DNA from: an uncultured Muribaculaceae bacterium
Lineage (GTDB): Bacteria; Bacillota_I; Bacilli_A; RF39; UBA660
Length of the DNA stretch: 58,391 nucleotides
Direction of reading: 5' to 3'
NCBI GenBank assembly: GCA_964513435.1
Contig: CAZEMQ010000001.1
Location: 71,883-130,273 of the forward strand
Part shown: piece by piece, positions 57,283-58,391 of the stretch
How the letters are laid out: the number at the start of each line of letters is the position of its first letter
How positions within the stretch are numbered: position 1 is the first letter of the stretch
Notes under the pieces: model-generated
What the model was told of the DNA's origin: nothing
Databases searched by the model: none
Seen by the model: the letters and a program-made list of their open reading frames with translations, nothing else
Program-made: the position numbers and the translations under genes

Positions 57283-58284
57283 TTAAATTTCATCTAAGTC
57301 GTCATAATCAGTTACTTTATTTGATTTATTTTTATATACGACATTAGATTTGTTTCCATCTCTACCATCTTCTAATCCTTTCTCATAACTTTGTTTTCTA
57401 ACATTACTTATTTCTTTTTGAAAATATTTTGTAATATCATCTAAAACTTGTTTACCATTTAAAGTAAACCAAGCAGCTTGTACGAGAATTTTGGGATCTG
57501 ATAATGCTTTAGCAAAATAATTATTTCCAGCACTATCCACTCCTGTAATGAATTCATACAATTCGTCTTTATCATCATCTTCTAAGTTTAAATCATAACC
57601 AGAAAATTCTGTAAAGTCTCTAATTTCATTTTCAATCTAACTTGCAAACTAATTATACTATTGTCTAGTTTGTTCTTCCTGTTCCAATTGAGCCTATTTC
57701 ATATTTTCAGCTTCTAGATCTTTATACTCTTTTCTAATTGCCTGTATCTATTTAGCAAATAATGTTTCATTAGATTTGGCTCTTTCTAATGCTTCTTTGG
57801 CTTCATCTTCAGTTACATTACCCATTCTACTTATAAAGTCGTAAACAAATAATTCATCATCACTATACTGATCGACTTCATACTAATATTGCTAATCTTT
57901 TATACTTTGAATGTAATTATTTATGCTACTTTCCTAAATATATTGTATATATTCTGCTGGCGTTAAACCGCTTTCTCTGATAGCATTTATTAAATTTGTC
58001 TCATCATTATCTAAATCTACATCTGATTCTACAGTAGATTCTAATATGTTAAAACGTTCATTATCATCTAAATCGTCCCAACTTCTTTCTTCTATATTTC
58101 CATCTTCATCTTCAAACTTAATTTTAGATTTATCTTCTATTCCTCTAGCTCTTAACAACTAAGTAATAAAATCATCAGATTTTTCGTTGTCTGGATCGTT
58201 ATTTCCTTCAGAACCTAAATTTTGGTCATCTTTTATAACGTCCAATTCATCATCAAATTCAAAAACATCATTTCCTATTTCCAT
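57283..58284 (-). CDS. highly acidic coiled-coil protein (333 aa), scaffolding-protein-like
   Basis: ATG 58284 to TAA 57285-57283 = 1002 nt. Track ORFs 57934..58158 and 57283..57561 are in frame and are joined through TAG codons. D/E-rich N terminus and heptad-like middle (..KEYKDLEAENMK-TAG-AQLEQEEQTRQ..). Lies immediately upstream of the capsid-type gene. The role is inferred. Confidence 0.7.
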
Positions 58285-58391
58285 ACATTACTTTTTAAAT
58301 TATTTATGATTAAAATATTAATTTCAAGGTGCAGGGGTTATTTTCATAATAAACACTAAAGAATAATATCTTGGTGGTTTTATTGTTATTG

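Overview
AT-rich window in which every credible gene lies on the minus strand. It looks like the late (virion/structural) region of a crAss-like (Crassvirales-type) phage of Bacteroidota; that assignment is inferred from gene order, gene sizes and motifs, since no search could be run. Standard-code ORF calling shatters the genes because TAG is used as a sense codon, most likely Gln. Reading through TAG merges the fragments into 21 tightly packed host genes. Many have overlapping ATGA-type boundaries, and every one that ends inside the window stops at TAA or TGA. They include giant proteins of 2,978 aa, 3,273 aa (after splicing), 1,624 aa and 1,113 aa. The window also holds 13 group I introns. 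Eleven sit in one coding sequence of about 1.43 kb spread over 12.1 kb, which I infer to be the major capsid protein. Two sit in the giant RNA-polymerase-like gene, and one of those splits a DYDID catalytic-type motif. Nine of the introns carry one ORF each: six full-length GIY-YIG endonucleases (a seventh survives only as a remnant in an intron with no intact ORF), two LAGLIDADG endonucleases, and one protein with no nuclease motif, an HTH protein preceded by four iteron-like repeats and an AT-rich tract. A 140-aa mini-intein interrupts a 788-codon virion gene. Three strong rho-independent terminators follow likely highly expressed genes. I found no tRNA, rRNA or CRISPR array. Product names rest on motifs and synteny. 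Splice sites rest on P1/IGS complementarity, conserved intron cores and reading-frame bookkeeping; several internal capsid-gene junctions are uncertain by a few to about 15 nt.
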